Positions 1-10,047 of a DNA stretch of 64,000 nt are shown piece after piece. Position 1 is the first letter of the stretch. Each line of letters starts with the position of its first letter. Source of the DNA: an uncultured virus (IMG/VR IMGVR_UViG_2568526301_000001) (Duplodnaviria; Heunggongvirae; Uroviricota; Caudoviricetes); the IMG/VR virus record IMGVR_UViG_2568526301_000001. The stretch is one strand, 5' to 3'. The position numbers and the translations under genes are program-made. The notes below the pieces were generated by a model that saw nothing but the letters and a program-made list of their open reading frames with translations, searched no databases and was not told the origin of the DNA.

Positions 1-127
1 GGCCAGGCCTCAGCATTTTATTATGGTGATCCCCTGGGCGAAATGCGCCTGGTAAGCAGAGTTTTTGAAATGTAAGGCCTTTGAATAAGACAAAAGGCTG
101 CCTCATCGCTAACTTTGCAACAGTGCC
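1..127 (+). mobile_element. IS26 right end (partial, cut by window edge)
   Basis: End of tnp26 and terminal IR TTTGCAACAGTGCC at 114-127, same sequence as the full copies in the window. Confidence 0.97.
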
Positions 128-143
128 TTTAAGCGTGCATAAT
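115..143 (+). promoter_or_regulatory. Probable hybrid promoter (-35 from IS26 IR) for aac(6')-Ib-cr/blaOXA-1
   Basis: TTGCAA (115-120), 17 bp spacer, CATAAT (138-143). Confidence 0.6.
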
Positions 144-173
144 AAGCCCTACACAAATTGGGAGTTAGACATC

Positions 174-773
174 ATGAGCAACGCAAAAACAAAGTTAGGC
201 ATCACAAAGTACAGCATCGTGACCAACAGCAACGATTCCGTCACACTGCGCCTCATGACTGAGCATGACCTTGCGATGCTCTATGAGTGGCTAAATCGAT
301 CTCATATCGTCGAGTGGTGGGGCGGAGAAGAAGCACGCCCGACACTTGCTGACGTACAGGAACAGTACTTGCCAAGCGTTTTAGCGCAAGAGTCCGTCAC
401 TCCATACATTGCAATGCTGAATGGAGAGCCGATTGGGTATGCCCAGTCGTACGTTGCTCTTGGAAGCGGGGACGGACGGTGGGAAGAAGAAACCGATCCA
501 GGAGTACGCGGAATAGACCAGTTACTGGCGAATGCATCACAACTGGGCAAAGGCTTGGGAACCAAGCTGGTTCGAGCTCTGGTTGAGTTGCTGTTCAATG
601 ATCCCGAGGTCACCAAGATCCAAACGGACCCGTCGCCGAGCAACTTGCGAGCGATCCGATGCTACGAGAAAGCGGGGTTTGAGAGGCAAGGTACCGTAAC
701 CACCCCATATGGTCCAGCCGTGTACATGGTTCAAACACGCCAGGCATTCGAGCGAACACGCAGTGATGCCTAA
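174..773 (+). CDS. aac(6')-Ib-cr: Aminoglycoside/fluoroquinolone acetyltransferase AAC(6')-Ib-cr
   Basis: [14 protein letters not shown] start; cr substitutions visible as GDGRWEE (W>R) and TTPYGPA (D>Y); followed by attC-like palindrome. Confidence 0.97.
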   Translation: MSNAKTKLGITKYSIVTNSNDSVTLRLMTEHDLAMLYEWLNRSHIVEWWGGEEARPTLADVQEQYLPSVLAQESVTPYIAMLNGEPIGYAQSYVALGSGDGRWEEETDPGVRGIDQLLANASQLGKGLGTKLVRALVELLFNDPEVTKIQTDPSPSNLRAIRCYEKAGFERQGTVTTPYGPAVYMVQTRQAFERTRSDA

Positions 774-903
774 CCCTTCCATCGAGGGGGACGTCCAAGG
801 GCTGGCGCCCTTGGCCGCCCCTCATGTCAAACGTTGGGCGAACCCGGAGCCTCATTAATTGTTAGCCGTTAAAATTAAGCCCTTTACCAAACCAATACTT
901 ATT

Positions 904-1734
904 ATGAAAAACACAATACATATCAACTTCGCTATTTTTTTAATAATTGCAAATATTATCTACAGCAGCGCCAGTGCATCAACAGATATCTCTACTGTTG
1001 CATCTCCATTATTTGAAGGAACTGAAGGTTGTTTTTTACTTTACGATGCATCCACAAACGCTGAAATTGCTCAATTCAATAAAGCAAAGTGTGCAACGCA
1101 AATGGCACCAGATTCAACTTTCAAGATCGCATTATCACTTATGGCATTTGATGCGGAAATAATAGATCAGAAAACCATATTCAAATGGGATAAAACCCCC
1201 AAAGGAATGGAGATCTGGAACAGCAATCATACACCAAAGACGTGGATGCAATTTTCTGTTGTTTGGGTTTCGCAAGAAATAACCCAAAAAATTGGATTAA
1301 ATAAAATCAAGAATTATCTCAAAGATTTTGATTATGGAAATCAAGACTTCTCTGGAGATAAAGAAAGAAACAACGGATTAACAGAAGCATGGCTCGAAAG
1401 TAGCTTAAAAATTTCACCAGAAGAACAAATTCAATTCCTGCGTAAAATTATTAATCACAATCTCCCAGTTAAAAACTCAGCCATAGAAAACACCATAGAG
1501 AACATGTATCTACAAGATCTGGATAATAGTACAAAACTGTATGGGAAAACTGGTGCAGGATTCACAGCAAATAGAACCTTACAAAACGGATGGTTTGAAG
1601 GGTTTATTATAAGCAAATCAGGACATAAATATGTTTTTGTGTCCGCACTTACAGGAAACTTGGGGTCGAATTTAACATCAAGCATAAAAGCCAAGAAAAA
1701 TGCGATCACCATTCTAAACACACTAAATTTATAA
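904..1734 (+). CDS. blaOXA-1: Class D beta-lactamase OXA-1
   Basis: MKNTIHINF start, STFK, YGN and KTG motifs, 276 aa. Confidence 0.97.
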   Translation: MKNTIHINFAIFLIIANIIYSSASASTDISTVASPLFEGTEGCFLLYDASTNAEIAQFNKAKCATQMAPDSTFKIALSLMAFDAEIIDQKTIFKWDKTPKGMEIWNSNHTPKTWMQFSVVWVSQEITQKIGLNKIKNYLKDFDYGNQDFSGDKERNNGLTEAWLESSLKISPEEQIQFLRKIINHNLPVKNSAIENTIENMYLQDLDNSTKLYGKTGAGFTANRTLQNGWFEGFIISKSGHKYVFVSALTGNLGSNLTSSIKAKKNAITILNTLNL

Positions 1735-1871
1735 AAAATCTAATGGCAAAATCGCCCAACCCTTCAATCAAGTCGGGACGGCCAAAAGCAAGCTTTTGGC
1801 TCCCCTCGCTGGCGCTCGGCGCCCCTTATTTCAAACGTTAGACGGCAAAGTCACAGACCGCGGGATCTCTT

Positions 1872-2313
1872 ATGACCAACTACTTTGATAGCCCCTTCAA
1901 AGGCAAGCTGCTTTCTGAGCAAGTGAAGAACCCCAATATCAAAGTTGGGCGGTACAGCTATTACTCTGGCTACTATCATGGGCACTCATTCGATGACTGC
2001 GCACGGTATCTGTTTCCGGACCGTGATGACGTTGATAAGTTGATCATCGGTAGTTTCTGCTCTATCGGGAGTGGGGCTTCCTTTATCATGGCTGGCAATC
2101 AGGGGCATCGGTACGACTGGGCATCATCTTTCCCGTTCTTTTATATGCAGGAAGAACCTGCATTCTCAAGCGCACTCGATGCCTTCCAAAAAGCAGGTAA
2201 TACTGTCATTGGCAATGACGTTTGGATCGGCTCTGAGGCAATGGTCATGCCCGGAATCAAGATCGGGCACGGTGCGGTGATAGGCAGCCGCTCGTTGGTG
2301 ACAAAAGATGTGG
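1872..2313 (+). pseudogene. catB3: Chloramphenicol acetyltransferase CatB3 truncated by IS26
   Basis: [14 protein letters not shown] start, hexapeptide-repeat region; frame runs into IS26 IR at 2314. Confidence 0.95.
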
Positions 2314-3133
2314 GGCACTGTTGCAAAGTTAGCGATGAGGCAGCCTTTTGTCTTATTCAAAGGCCTTACATTTCAAAAACTCTGCTTACCAGGCGCATTT
2401 CGCCCAGGGGATCACCATAATAAAATGCTGAGGCCTGGCCTTTGCGTAGTGCACGCATCACCTCAATACCTTTGATGGTGGCGTAAGCCGTCTTCATGGA
2501 TTTAAATCCCAGCGTGGCGCCGATTATCCGTTTCAGTTTGCCATGATCGCATTCAATCACGTTGTTCCGGTACTTAATCTGTCGGTGTTCAACGTCAGAC
2601 GGGCACCGGCCTTCGCGTTTGAGCAGAGCAAGCGCGCGACCATAGGCGGGCGCTTTATCCGTGTTGATGAATCGCGGGATCTGCCACTTCTTCACGTTGT
2701 TGAGGATTTTACCCAGAAACCGGTATGCAGCTTTGCTGTTACGACGGGAGGAGAGATAAAAATCGACAGTGCGGCCCCGGCTGTCGACGGCCCGGTACAG
2801 ATACGCCCAGCGGCCATTGACCTTCACGTAGGTTTCATCCATGTGCCACGGGCAAAGATCGGAAGGGTTACGCCAGTACCAGCGCAGCCGTTTTTCCATT
2901 TCAGGCGCATAACGCTGAACCCAGCGGTAAATCGTGGAGTGATCGACATTCACTCCGCGTTCAGCCAGCATCTCCTGCAGCTCACGGTAACTGATGCCGT
3001 ATTTGCAGTACCAGCGTACGGCCCACAGAATGATGTCACGCTGAAAATGCCGGCCTTTGAATGGGTTCATGTGCAGCTCCATCAGCAAAAGGGGATGATA
3101 AGTTTATCACCACCGACTATTTGCAACAGTGCC
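2314..3133 (-). mobile_element. tnp26: IS26, complete (820 bp)
   Basis: 14-bp IRs GGCACTGTTGCAAA; transposase ORF MNPFKGRHFQRD within 2366-3088. Confidence 0.99.
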
Positions 3134-3149
3134 TCTCGATAGGTATAGT
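3121..3149 (+). promoter_or_regulatory. Hybrid promoter (-35 from IS26 IR) for aac(3)-II
   Basis: TTGCAA, 17 bp spacer, TATAGT. Confidence 0.7.
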
Positions 3150-3176
3150 GTTTTGCAGTTTAGAGGAGATATCGCG

Positions 3177-4037
3177 ATGCATACGCGGAAGGCAATAACG
3201 GAGGCAATTCGAAAATTAGGAGTCCAAACCGGTGACCTGTTGATGGTGCATGCCTCACTTAAAGCGATTGGTCCGGTCGAAGGAGGAGCGGAGACGGTCG
3301 TTGCCGCGTTACGCTCCGCGGTTGGGCCGACTGGCACTGTGATGGGATACGCGTCGTGGGACCGATCACCCTACGAGGAGACTCTGAATGGCGCTCGGTT
3401 GGATGACAAAGCCCGCCGTACCTGGCCGCCGTTCGATCCCGCAACGGCCGGGACTTACCGTGGGTTCGGCCTGCTGAATCAATTTCTGGTTCAAGCCCCC
3501 GGCGCGCGGCGCAGCGCGCACCCCGATGCATCGATGGTCGCGGTTGGTCCGCTAGCTGAAACGCTGACGGAGCCTCACGAACTCGGTCACGCCTTGGGGG
3601 AAGGGTCGCCCGTCGAGCGGTTCGTCCGCCTTGGCGGGAAGGCCCTGCTGTTGGGTGCGCCGCTAAACTCCGTTACCGCATTGCACTACGCCGAGGCGGT
3701 TGCGGATATCCCCAACAAACGATGGGTGACGTATGAGATGCCGATGCTTGGAAGAAACGGTGAAGTCGCCTGGAAAACGGCATCAGAATACGATTCAAAC
3801 GGCATTCTCGATTGCTTTGCTATCGAAGGAAAGCCGGATGCGGTCGAAACTATAGCAAATGCTTACGTGAAGCTCGGTCGCCATCGAGAAGGTGTCGTGG
3901 GCTTTGCTCAGTGCTACCTGTTCGACGCGCAGGACATCGTGACGTTCGGCGTCACCTATCTTGAGAAGCACTTCGGAGCCACTCCGATCGTGCCAGCACA
4001 CGAAGCCGCCCAGCGCTCTTGCGAGCCTTCCGGTTAG
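3177..4037 (+). CDS. aac(3)-II: Aminoglycoside 3-N-acetyltransferase AAC(3)-II (IIa/IIe type)
   Basis: MHTRKAITEAIRKLG start after GGAG RBS, 286 aa. Confidence 0.95.
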   Translation: MHTRKAITEAIRKLGVQTGDLLMVHASLKAIGPVEGGAETVVAALRSAVGPTGTVMGYASWDRSPYEETLNGARLDDKARRTWPPFDPATAGTYRGFGLLNQFLVQAPGARRSAHPDASMVAVGPLAETLTEPHELGHALGEGSPVERFVRLGGKALLLGAPLNSVTALHYAEAVADIPNKRWVTYEMPMLGRNGEVAWKTASEYDSNGILDCFAIEGKPDAVETIANAYVKLGRHREGVVGFAQCYLFDAQDIVTFGVTYLEKHFGATPIVPAHEAAQRSCEPSG

Positions 4038-4049
4038 AGGCCGTCGACA

Positions 4050-4592
4050 ATGATAATCTGGATCAACGGACCTTTCGGCGCCGGAAAGACGACTCTCGCT
4101 GAGCGGCTGCGCGATCGGCGTCCGAAATCGCTGATCTTTGACCCTGAGGAAATCGGGTTCGTGGTGAAAGAAACGGTCCCCATACCAGCGAGCGGAGACT
4201 ATCAGGATCTCCCCTTGTGGAGGGGACTTACGATCGCTGCGGTCAGCGAGATTCGCAGGAATTACTCGCAGGACATCATCATCCCAATGACGCTCGTGCA
4301 CCCGGACTATCTGACTGAGATACTCGACGGGTTAAGGCAGATCGACGATCAGCTGCTGCACATCTTTCTGATGCTTAACGAGGACCTATTGCGTCACCGG
4401 ATCTCGAACCAGACCATGCATCCTGACCCGAATCGGAATGCGGAGATTCGAGAGTGGCGATTAGCGAATGTCGCCCGATGCTTGGCCGCAAGGGAACGGC
4501 TTCCGTCCACAACCCGTGTTCTCGATAGTGGTGCACACACCAGCGATGAACTTGCAGCGATGGTGCTCGACAGACTCGATCAGCGCACCTGA
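4050..4592 (+). CDS. tmrB: TmrB-like P-loop protein (tunicamycin resistance family)
   Basis: Walker A GPFGAGKT; usual position downstream of aac(3)-II. Confidence 0.85.
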   Translation: MIIWINGPFGAGKTTLAERLRDRRPKSLIFDPEEIGFVVKETVPIPASGDYQDLPLWRGLTIAAVSEIRRNYSQDIIIPMTLVHPDYLTEILDGLRQIDDQLLHIFLMLNEDLLRHRISNQTMHPDPNRNAEIREWRLANVARCLAARERLPSTTRVLDSGAHTSDELAAMVLDRLDQRT

Positions 4593-4598
4593 TCGCCT

Positions 4599-5733
4599 TA
4601 GAGCTGGCTCGGGAAATCTGCACAGCGGGGATAAGTGGAGTTTCTGCCTGACTTCGGCTTAGATGCCGGGAACAGGAGAGACCATGACGAGACGACCGCG
4701 CCGGAACCATAGCCCGGCTTTCAAGGCGAAGGTGGCACTTGCCGCCATCCGAGGTGAGCAGACGCTGGTGGAGTTGTCCCAGCAGTTCGATGTGCACGCC
4801 AACCAGATCAAGCAATGGAAAGACCAGCTCCTTGAGGGGGCGACAGGTGTGTTCGGCGATGAAACGAAAGCGGAGCCGTCGGGTCCGACCATCGATGTCA
4901 AAACGCTGCACGCGAAAATCGGCGAACTGACACTGGAGAACGATTTTTTATCCGGTGCGCTCGGCAAGGCGGGATTGCTGGGCGGAAAGAAATGATCGAC
5001 CGCGAGCACAAGCTATCCGTCGTGCGCCAGGCGAAGCTTCTCGGCTTCAGCCGTGGCAGCGTCTACTATCTGCCTCGTCCGGTGTCTGACGGCGATCTGG
5101 CCCTTATGCGCCGGATTGACGAATTGCATCTCGACTACCCCTTTGCCGGAAGTCGGATGTTGCAAGGGCTCTTGAGAGGAGAAGGTCTGGAGACCGGGCG
5201 GCGACACGTCGCCACGCTGATGAAGAAGATGGGCATCAAGGCGATCTACCGCCGCCCGAACACCTCGAAACCAGCGCCAGGGCACATACGAAAGCTGGCA
5301 GTCACCCGGCCCAATCAGGTGTGGGCAATGGACCTGACCTACATCCCCATGGCGCGGGGATTTGTCTATCTGTGCGCCGTCGTGGACTGGTTCAGCCGGA
5401 AGGTCTTGTCATGGCGGTTGTCGATCACGATGGAAGCAGCCTTCTGCATCGAGGCGGTGGAGGAGGCACTTGCCCGTCATGGCAGGCCGGAAATCTTCAA
5501 TACCGACCAGGGATCGCAGTTCACCTCCATCGACTTCACCGCCGTGCTGAAGAGGTCACAGATTGCCATCTCGATGGATGGCAAGGGTGCGTGGCGAGAC
5601 AATGTCTTCGTCGAGCGGCTCTGGCGTTCGATCAAATACGAGGAAGTCTACCTCCATGCCTACAAGACTGTGTCCGAGGCACGCGCTGGCATCGCCCGAT
5701 ATCTGAACTTCTACAACACCAGACGCCCACATT
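4599..5733 (+). mobile_element. IS3-family element (ISKpn11-like), truncated by IS26
   Basis: HTH OrfA 4663-4995 overlapping DDE OrfB (WAMDLTY, NTDQGSQF, DNVFVE) that runs into IS26; left boundary approximate. Confidence 0.85.
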
Positions 5734-6553
5734 GGCACTGTTGCAAAGTTAGCGATGAGGCAGCCTTTTGTCTTATTCAAAGGCCTTACATTTCAAAAAC
5801 TCTGCTTACCAGGCGCATTTCGCCCAGGGGATCACCATAATAAAATGCTGAGGCCTGGCCTTTGCGTAGTGCACGCATCACCTCAATACCTTTGATGGTG
5901 GCGTAAGCCGTCTTCATGGATTTAAATCCCAGCGTGGCGCCGATTATCCGTTTCAGTTTGCCATGATCGCATTCAATCACGTTGTTCCGGTACTTAATCT
6001 GTCGGTGTTCAACGTCAGACGGGCACCGGCCTTCGCGTTTGAGCAGAGCAAGCGCGCGACCATAGGCGGGCGCTTTATCCGTGTTGATGAATCGCGGGAT
6101 CTGCCACTTCTTCACGTTGTTGAGGATTTTACCCAGAAACCGGTATGCAGCTTTGCTGTTACGACGGGAGGAGAGATAAAAATCGACAGTGCGGCCCCGG
6201 CTGTCGACGGCCCGGTACAGATACGCCCAGCGGCCATTGACCTTCACGTAGGTTTCATCCATGTGCCACGGGCAAAGATCGGAAGGGTTACGCCAGTACC
6301 AGCGCAGCCGTTTTTCCATTTCAGGCGCATAACGCTGAACCCAGCGGTAAATCGTGGAGTGATCGACATTCACTCCGCGTTCAGCCAGCATCTCCTGCAG
6401 CTCACGGTAACTGATGCCGTATTTGCAGTACCAGCGTACGGCCCACAGAATGATGTCACGCTGAAAATGCCGGCCTTTGAATGGGTTCATGTGCAGCTCC
6501 ATCAGCAAAAGGGGATGATAAGTTTATCACCACCGACTATTTGCAACAGTGCC
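5734..6553 (-). mobile_element. tnp26: IS26, complete (820 bp)
   Basis: Both IRs and full transposase ORF. Confidence 0.99.
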
Positions 6554-6558
6554 CTCTA

Positions 6559-6587
6559 TTGCGTGACGTAGATTCGTGACGTATAGT
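6559..6587 (+). promoter_or_regulatory. Sigma70-like promoter overlapped by a 9-bp direct repeat
   Basis: TTGCGT, 17 bp, TATAGT; CGTGACGTA at 6562-6570 and 6575-6583. Confidence 0.55.
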
Positions 6588-6630
6588 TACTGCAACTTAT
6601 TTGTTTATAACTACCGTCAGGTACAAAATT

Positions 6631-6786
6631 ATGTCTCCCGTACAAGCTAAACAAAAGCAGCATGAACGCTACGAAGCCGTAGCGGTGCAGGTTTTGCGTG
6701 GTCGTGCCGGTTACAAACCTGCCGTGAAAAGCCGCTTCAGTAAGTCAGCTAGTAGCAAATTCGCTCATACTATCGCTTTTGCCTGA
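6631..6786 (+). CDS. Small basic hypothetical protein (51 aa)
   Basis: ATG-initiated ORF MSPVQAKQKQHERY downstream of the promoter. Confidence 0.55.
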   Translation: MSPVQAKQKQHERYEAVAVQVLRGRAGYKPAVKSRFSKSASSKFAHTIAFA

Positions 6787-6807
6787 TCCTGAACTTTGAG
6801 GCACAAT

Positions 6808-6834
6808 AAACCATCATTCGCTGATGGTTTTTTT
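6808..6834 (+). terminator. Intrinsic terminator-like hairpin between the small ORF and the NTase gene
   Basis: AAACCATCA-TTCGC-TGATGGTTT followed by T run directly before ATG 6835. Confidence 0.6.
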
Positions 6835-7827
6835 ATGCCTGTTCAAGACGTTATTCCCCCCTATGAGCAGATGTACCTGCTAAATCAGCAGCTGATCTGC
6901 AACGCTGATCAGTTCAAACATGCCGTTATCACAGTTGGCGGTCAGGCTGTGCAATACTGGATATCCTATTATCATGCACAATACGGCGACAGATTGCCTG
7001 ATGAGCGCCTCACCACATCTGTTGACTGCGACTACAGCGCCCGGAAAGATGATATTGCGGCTATAGCAAAAACGCTCAACGTTAAGACGTGGGAGAACAA
7101 AGACGGTCAGCCCCCATCCCTTGCGCAGTTTATGCTTATCGATCAGGATACACACGATATCAAACGGGATGATGGACGCTTATTTGCCGTACCGGATGCG
7201 CCTGACGAGCCAAATGTGGTGGATATTATCGACCGCCCCGGAGGCTTTGACCGTTCTGATTTTCAGGGGAAAAAGCTTTACCTGTATACCGCCCCGTTTT
7301 ATGTAGAAGCAACCGGCCCCGGCATGCCTGAAATGAATGAAAAGGTAAGGGTATTGAACCCTGTCGCCTGTATGCGCTCGCGCTTTAGCAATCTGATTGC
7401 CTTGCGCCGTGATGCTGAAATTGAAATTGCGCGTATTAACGCGCTCAAGATCCCGTGTTATTTCTTTCTCATCGAACAGTTTGATGAACAGCCGTTCAAA
7501 GTTGCACGAGGAATCTTTATGGATTTATGGAGGCTCGCGAATGACGAAAGCTGTCTGCGCCATCAGGCCTTCTGGCATAGCTGGCAGGGGCCGCTTCTTG
7601 AAGGGCAACAAAGTAACAACATCACTCTGATTGATGTGTTGGAAGGCGTACATGTATACCTGGAAGGGCATCTTGATGACTTTGAAATACCGGAAGCCTT
7701 TGTCACCAAAGAAGTACCGCTAAAGCTCGCACAGCTGCGTGAACGCTGGGAGCGTTACGTGGTACTCAATGCTGAATGGGCAGCAAGAGGGCGCAGGGGA
7801 TTTGAACGTAATCCCCGTGATGATTAG
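6835..7827 (+). CDS. Putative nucleotidyltransferase (AbiEii/MenT-like motif)
   Basis: VGGQAV ... TTSVDCDY matches the GG..A / T-x-D-h-D signature; later VDII acidic residue; start may instead be TTG 6796. Confidence 0.6.
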   Translation: MPVQDVIPPYEQMYLLNQQLICNADQFKHAVITVGGQAVQYWISYYHAQYGDRLPDERLTTSVDCDYSARKDDIAAIAKTLNVKTWENKDGQPPSLAQFMLIDQDTHDIKRDDGRLFAVPDAPDEPNVVDIIDRPGGFDRSDFQGKKLYLYTAPFYVEATGPGMPEMNEKVRVLNPVACMRSRFSNLIALRRDAEIEIARINALKIPCYFFLIEQFDEQPFKVARGIFMDLWRLANDESCLRHQAFWHSWQGPLLEGQQSNNITLIDVLEGVHVYLEGHLDDFEIPEAFVTKEVPLKLAQLRERWERYVVLNAEWAARGRRGFERNPRDD

Positions 7828-7853
7828 CCCCCTTTGGGCTGAAAAATTTGCGC

Positions 7854-8015
7854 ATGTGCAAACCACCGGAGCACACGCTAATAGGCCGTTCAGAAGGTGA
7901 GCGTCAGGCCACTCTGAAAATTGCCCGTACCATGCTGCAGAACGGCATTGACCGCAATACTGTCATGAAAATGACCGGTCTGACTGAAGATAACCTGGCA
8001 CAAATCCGCCACTAA
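7854..8015 (+). CDS. Orphan C-terminal domain of an Rpn/YhgA-like protein (53 aa ORF or remnant)
   Basis: Manual translation: MCKPPEHTLIGRSEGERQATLKIARTMLQNGIDRNTVMKMTGLTEDNLAQIRH. Confidence 0.7.
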   Translation: MCKPPEHTLIGRSEGERQATLKIARTMLQNGIDRNTVMKMTGLTEDNLAQIRH

Positions 8016-8623
8016 TCCCCCTTTCCTGGCACTCCCTGCCGGGCCATCAGTGAAAACTGGTGGGGCAGGGAGGCATCAGACTCAGGCTCAGCCTGCCAGC
8101 CACAGCGATTTAACAGTTTCATTATCCCAGTTACGTTCCCTGTCAGACGTACTGTCAGCGGATTTGTCTGTTGGCCATTGTCGTCAAAAGCGGCATCAAG
8201 GTTTGTCCGTAAGAGATAAACACCGTTTACTCCAGGATTGAGTACCAAAGCATATCGTCCGGCCCATTCTCTGTCGCTCATTACGCGGTAATTCCAGCCC
8301 ATGTCTTTCGCTGTTTCCAGCGCATACGTCAGGCGGAACATGTCGTTCTGTTCAGTCAACTCGCCGCTGCAGGAGCGCCAGACATAGCCCAGTTTGTCGG
8401 CCAGCTTAGCTCTCACACCCAGCAAACGCCCCTGATTCAGTAACCACCCGATATCCTGTGCCACATCGCGCGAGAATCGCCGTTGCTTCAGTGCTGCCGC
8501 GAGCCAGCGGGTGAGAAAGAGATTTTCCTGTGCGGGAGAGAGTTCTCCCTGCTCCTGTCTGGCCAGTGCCAGCGCGACCAGTGCACACCATGCCAGATGG
8601 CCTGTTTTTTCTGTCAGCGTCAT
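8012..8623 (-). CDS. Plasmid hypothetical protein (DUF2913-like)
   Basis: HLAWCALVALALA ... ENLFLTRWL pattern; GGAGG RBS. Confidence 0.7.
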   Translation of the reverse strand: MTLTEKTGHLAWCALVALALARQEQGELSPAQENLFLTRWLAAALKQRRFSRDVAQDIGWLLNQGRLLGVRAKLADKLGYVWRSCSGELTEQNDMFRLTYALETAKDMGWNYRVMSDREWAGRYALVLNPGVNGVYLLRTNLDAAFDDNGQQTNPLTVRLTGNVTGIMKLLNRCGWQAEPESDASLPHQFSLMARQGVPGKGD

Positions 8624-8676
8624 AACAGATACCTCCCTTCAGTCTTACTGATTCCCAGGTCTTAAATCTCAGTTGT

Positions 8677-8958
8677 TCAGCTCTGTACAGTCGGTCTCAG
8701 CTGCCATGTTGCCCCACCAAAACAGGTCACACCGACCACCTGCTCCCAGGTTTCCTTCTGCTCCAGCAGCTTCTCCAGCGCATGAAAGTCCGCGCGCGAG
8801 AGCACAATATCTTCCCGCTCGCCGGGCGACTCCAGAATATACCCCTCAGGTATCCGCGTGGCCGATTCAGCAGCCTGCCGTGAGGATATGCGGTAAAAGG
8901 TTTTGATGCATCCTCCGCGAGTGAGGGCATCGAGGATGATGCTTTCGGCAACGCGCAT
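8677..8958 (-). CDS. Conserved plasmid hypothetical protein (93 aa)
   Basis: ATG ORF with GGAG RBS, co-oriented with the downstream gene. Confidence 0.6.
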   Translation of the reverse strand: MRVAESIILDALTRGGCIKTFYRISSRQAAESATRIPEGYILESPGEREDIVLSRADFHALEKLLEQKETWEQVVGVTCFGGATWQLRPTVQS

Positions 8959-9130
8959 GACTGGCTCCGGTTAAAAGTGTTTCACGTCTTTGCCGGTGTG
9001 CAACTGGCGACGCTCATCATGCCGCGTAGTGCTTCCACAGACAACGGCTTTGCCTCATTGCCCCGGTGGACCATCGCATGGCAGTTCGGACAAGGAATGC
9101 TATGGTAAATATAACCTTCCCCTTACACTC

Positions 9131-9466
9131 ATGAAGCTTATGGAAGAATTATTCACTTGTCCGATATGTAAACTCTCATTTGGCCATAAAGCTAGGTTGA
9201 GAAAGCATATAAAAAAGCATACGAAATCCCTTGAAAAGAATCTCGCTAAGGCCAACTCAACCAAAAAGGCTGAGCATGAAAAGATGCTTATTCAGGAGAG
9301 GATTGCAAGGACAGGTAGCGCTTTTAAAAATGAATCGGAGAGAAATAAGTACTTTGAAAGAAGGCGTGCTGAAAACCCCATATTTGATATCGATACGCCG
9401 ATCAGAAAGGCCTCGTTTATAGTGAATGCCGGTGCCTTTGGTTTGGGTAAATCCAGAAAAAACTAG
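9131..9466 (+). CDS. C2H2 zinc-finger-containing basic protein
   Basis: FTCPICKLSFGHKARLRKHIKKH; AT-rich ORF; start ATG 9131 or 9140. Confidence 0.7.
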   Translation: MKLMEELFTCPICKLSFGHKARLRKHIKKHTKSLEKNLAKANSTKKAEHEKMLIQERIARTGSAFKNESERNKYFERRRAENPIFDIDTPIRKASFIVNAGAFGLGKSRKN

Positions 9467-9902
9467 CCGTTTTTTTGGCAAAAGCAGATCTAATGTCCCC
9501 GTGGTGAGTATATAAAAAATTACGGGGAGCTGAGCGACCTTCGTCTAGCTCTCTTCTTGTTTTTTTGCCGCAGCGGACTCTCGCGTGCGTCAGACACAAG
9601 TGGCGCAGGGGACGGGTTTTTGATGCGCGTCAGCGCATGGGAGGCGCCATGCGCCGGAGACCCCCGCAGCGAAGCGAGGACGAAAAAAGCATTACGGCTT
9701 CAGCCGTAATAATCCCCCACACTGCTAAGCCCAGAACAAACCCGCTAAAAACGATACAGAAGCTGCTGTGCGCGGTCGGAGTGGTCACGACAAGGCGATA
9801 GCCGCAGTCGGGGCGTATCTCCGCGTTAGCGGGCCGTTAGGGCCGCTTACGAGCGTGTACGCCAGAACGAAAAGCAACACCACCCACAGCAATGACAAGA
9901 TC

Positions 9903-10047
9903 TAGTTACAACATCCGCCATTCTAAAGCGATGGTGTTCCCCGGCCTTCGGCCGGGGGCGGCGGCGCTTTTCAGTGGTGGGGAGGGGCACCTGGCTGGCA
10001 AACCGGCGCTGGTTTTATGATGATTTGTTTTTTGAATGCTGTAACTA
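9903..10047. promoter_or_regulatory. Pair of inverted Ter-like (Tus-binding) sites
   Basis: ATGTTGTAACTA on minus strand 9903-9914 and ATGCTGTAACTA on plus strand 10036-10047; GC hairpin 9939-9957 between them. Confidence 0.6.

Noticed and set aside
2543..3142. Long antisense ORFs MIAFNHVVPV (also 5963, 14177, 22010-23074, 33561) and IS26 read-through fusions such as [15 protein letters not shown] and [11 protein letters not shown]
   Set aside because: Shadow frames and junction artefacts of IS26, repeated with each copy
9600..9685. Possible Frpo-like single-stranded promoter
   Set aside because: Only a loose resemblance to leading-region repeats; I could not define the long hairpin with -35/-10 elements by eye
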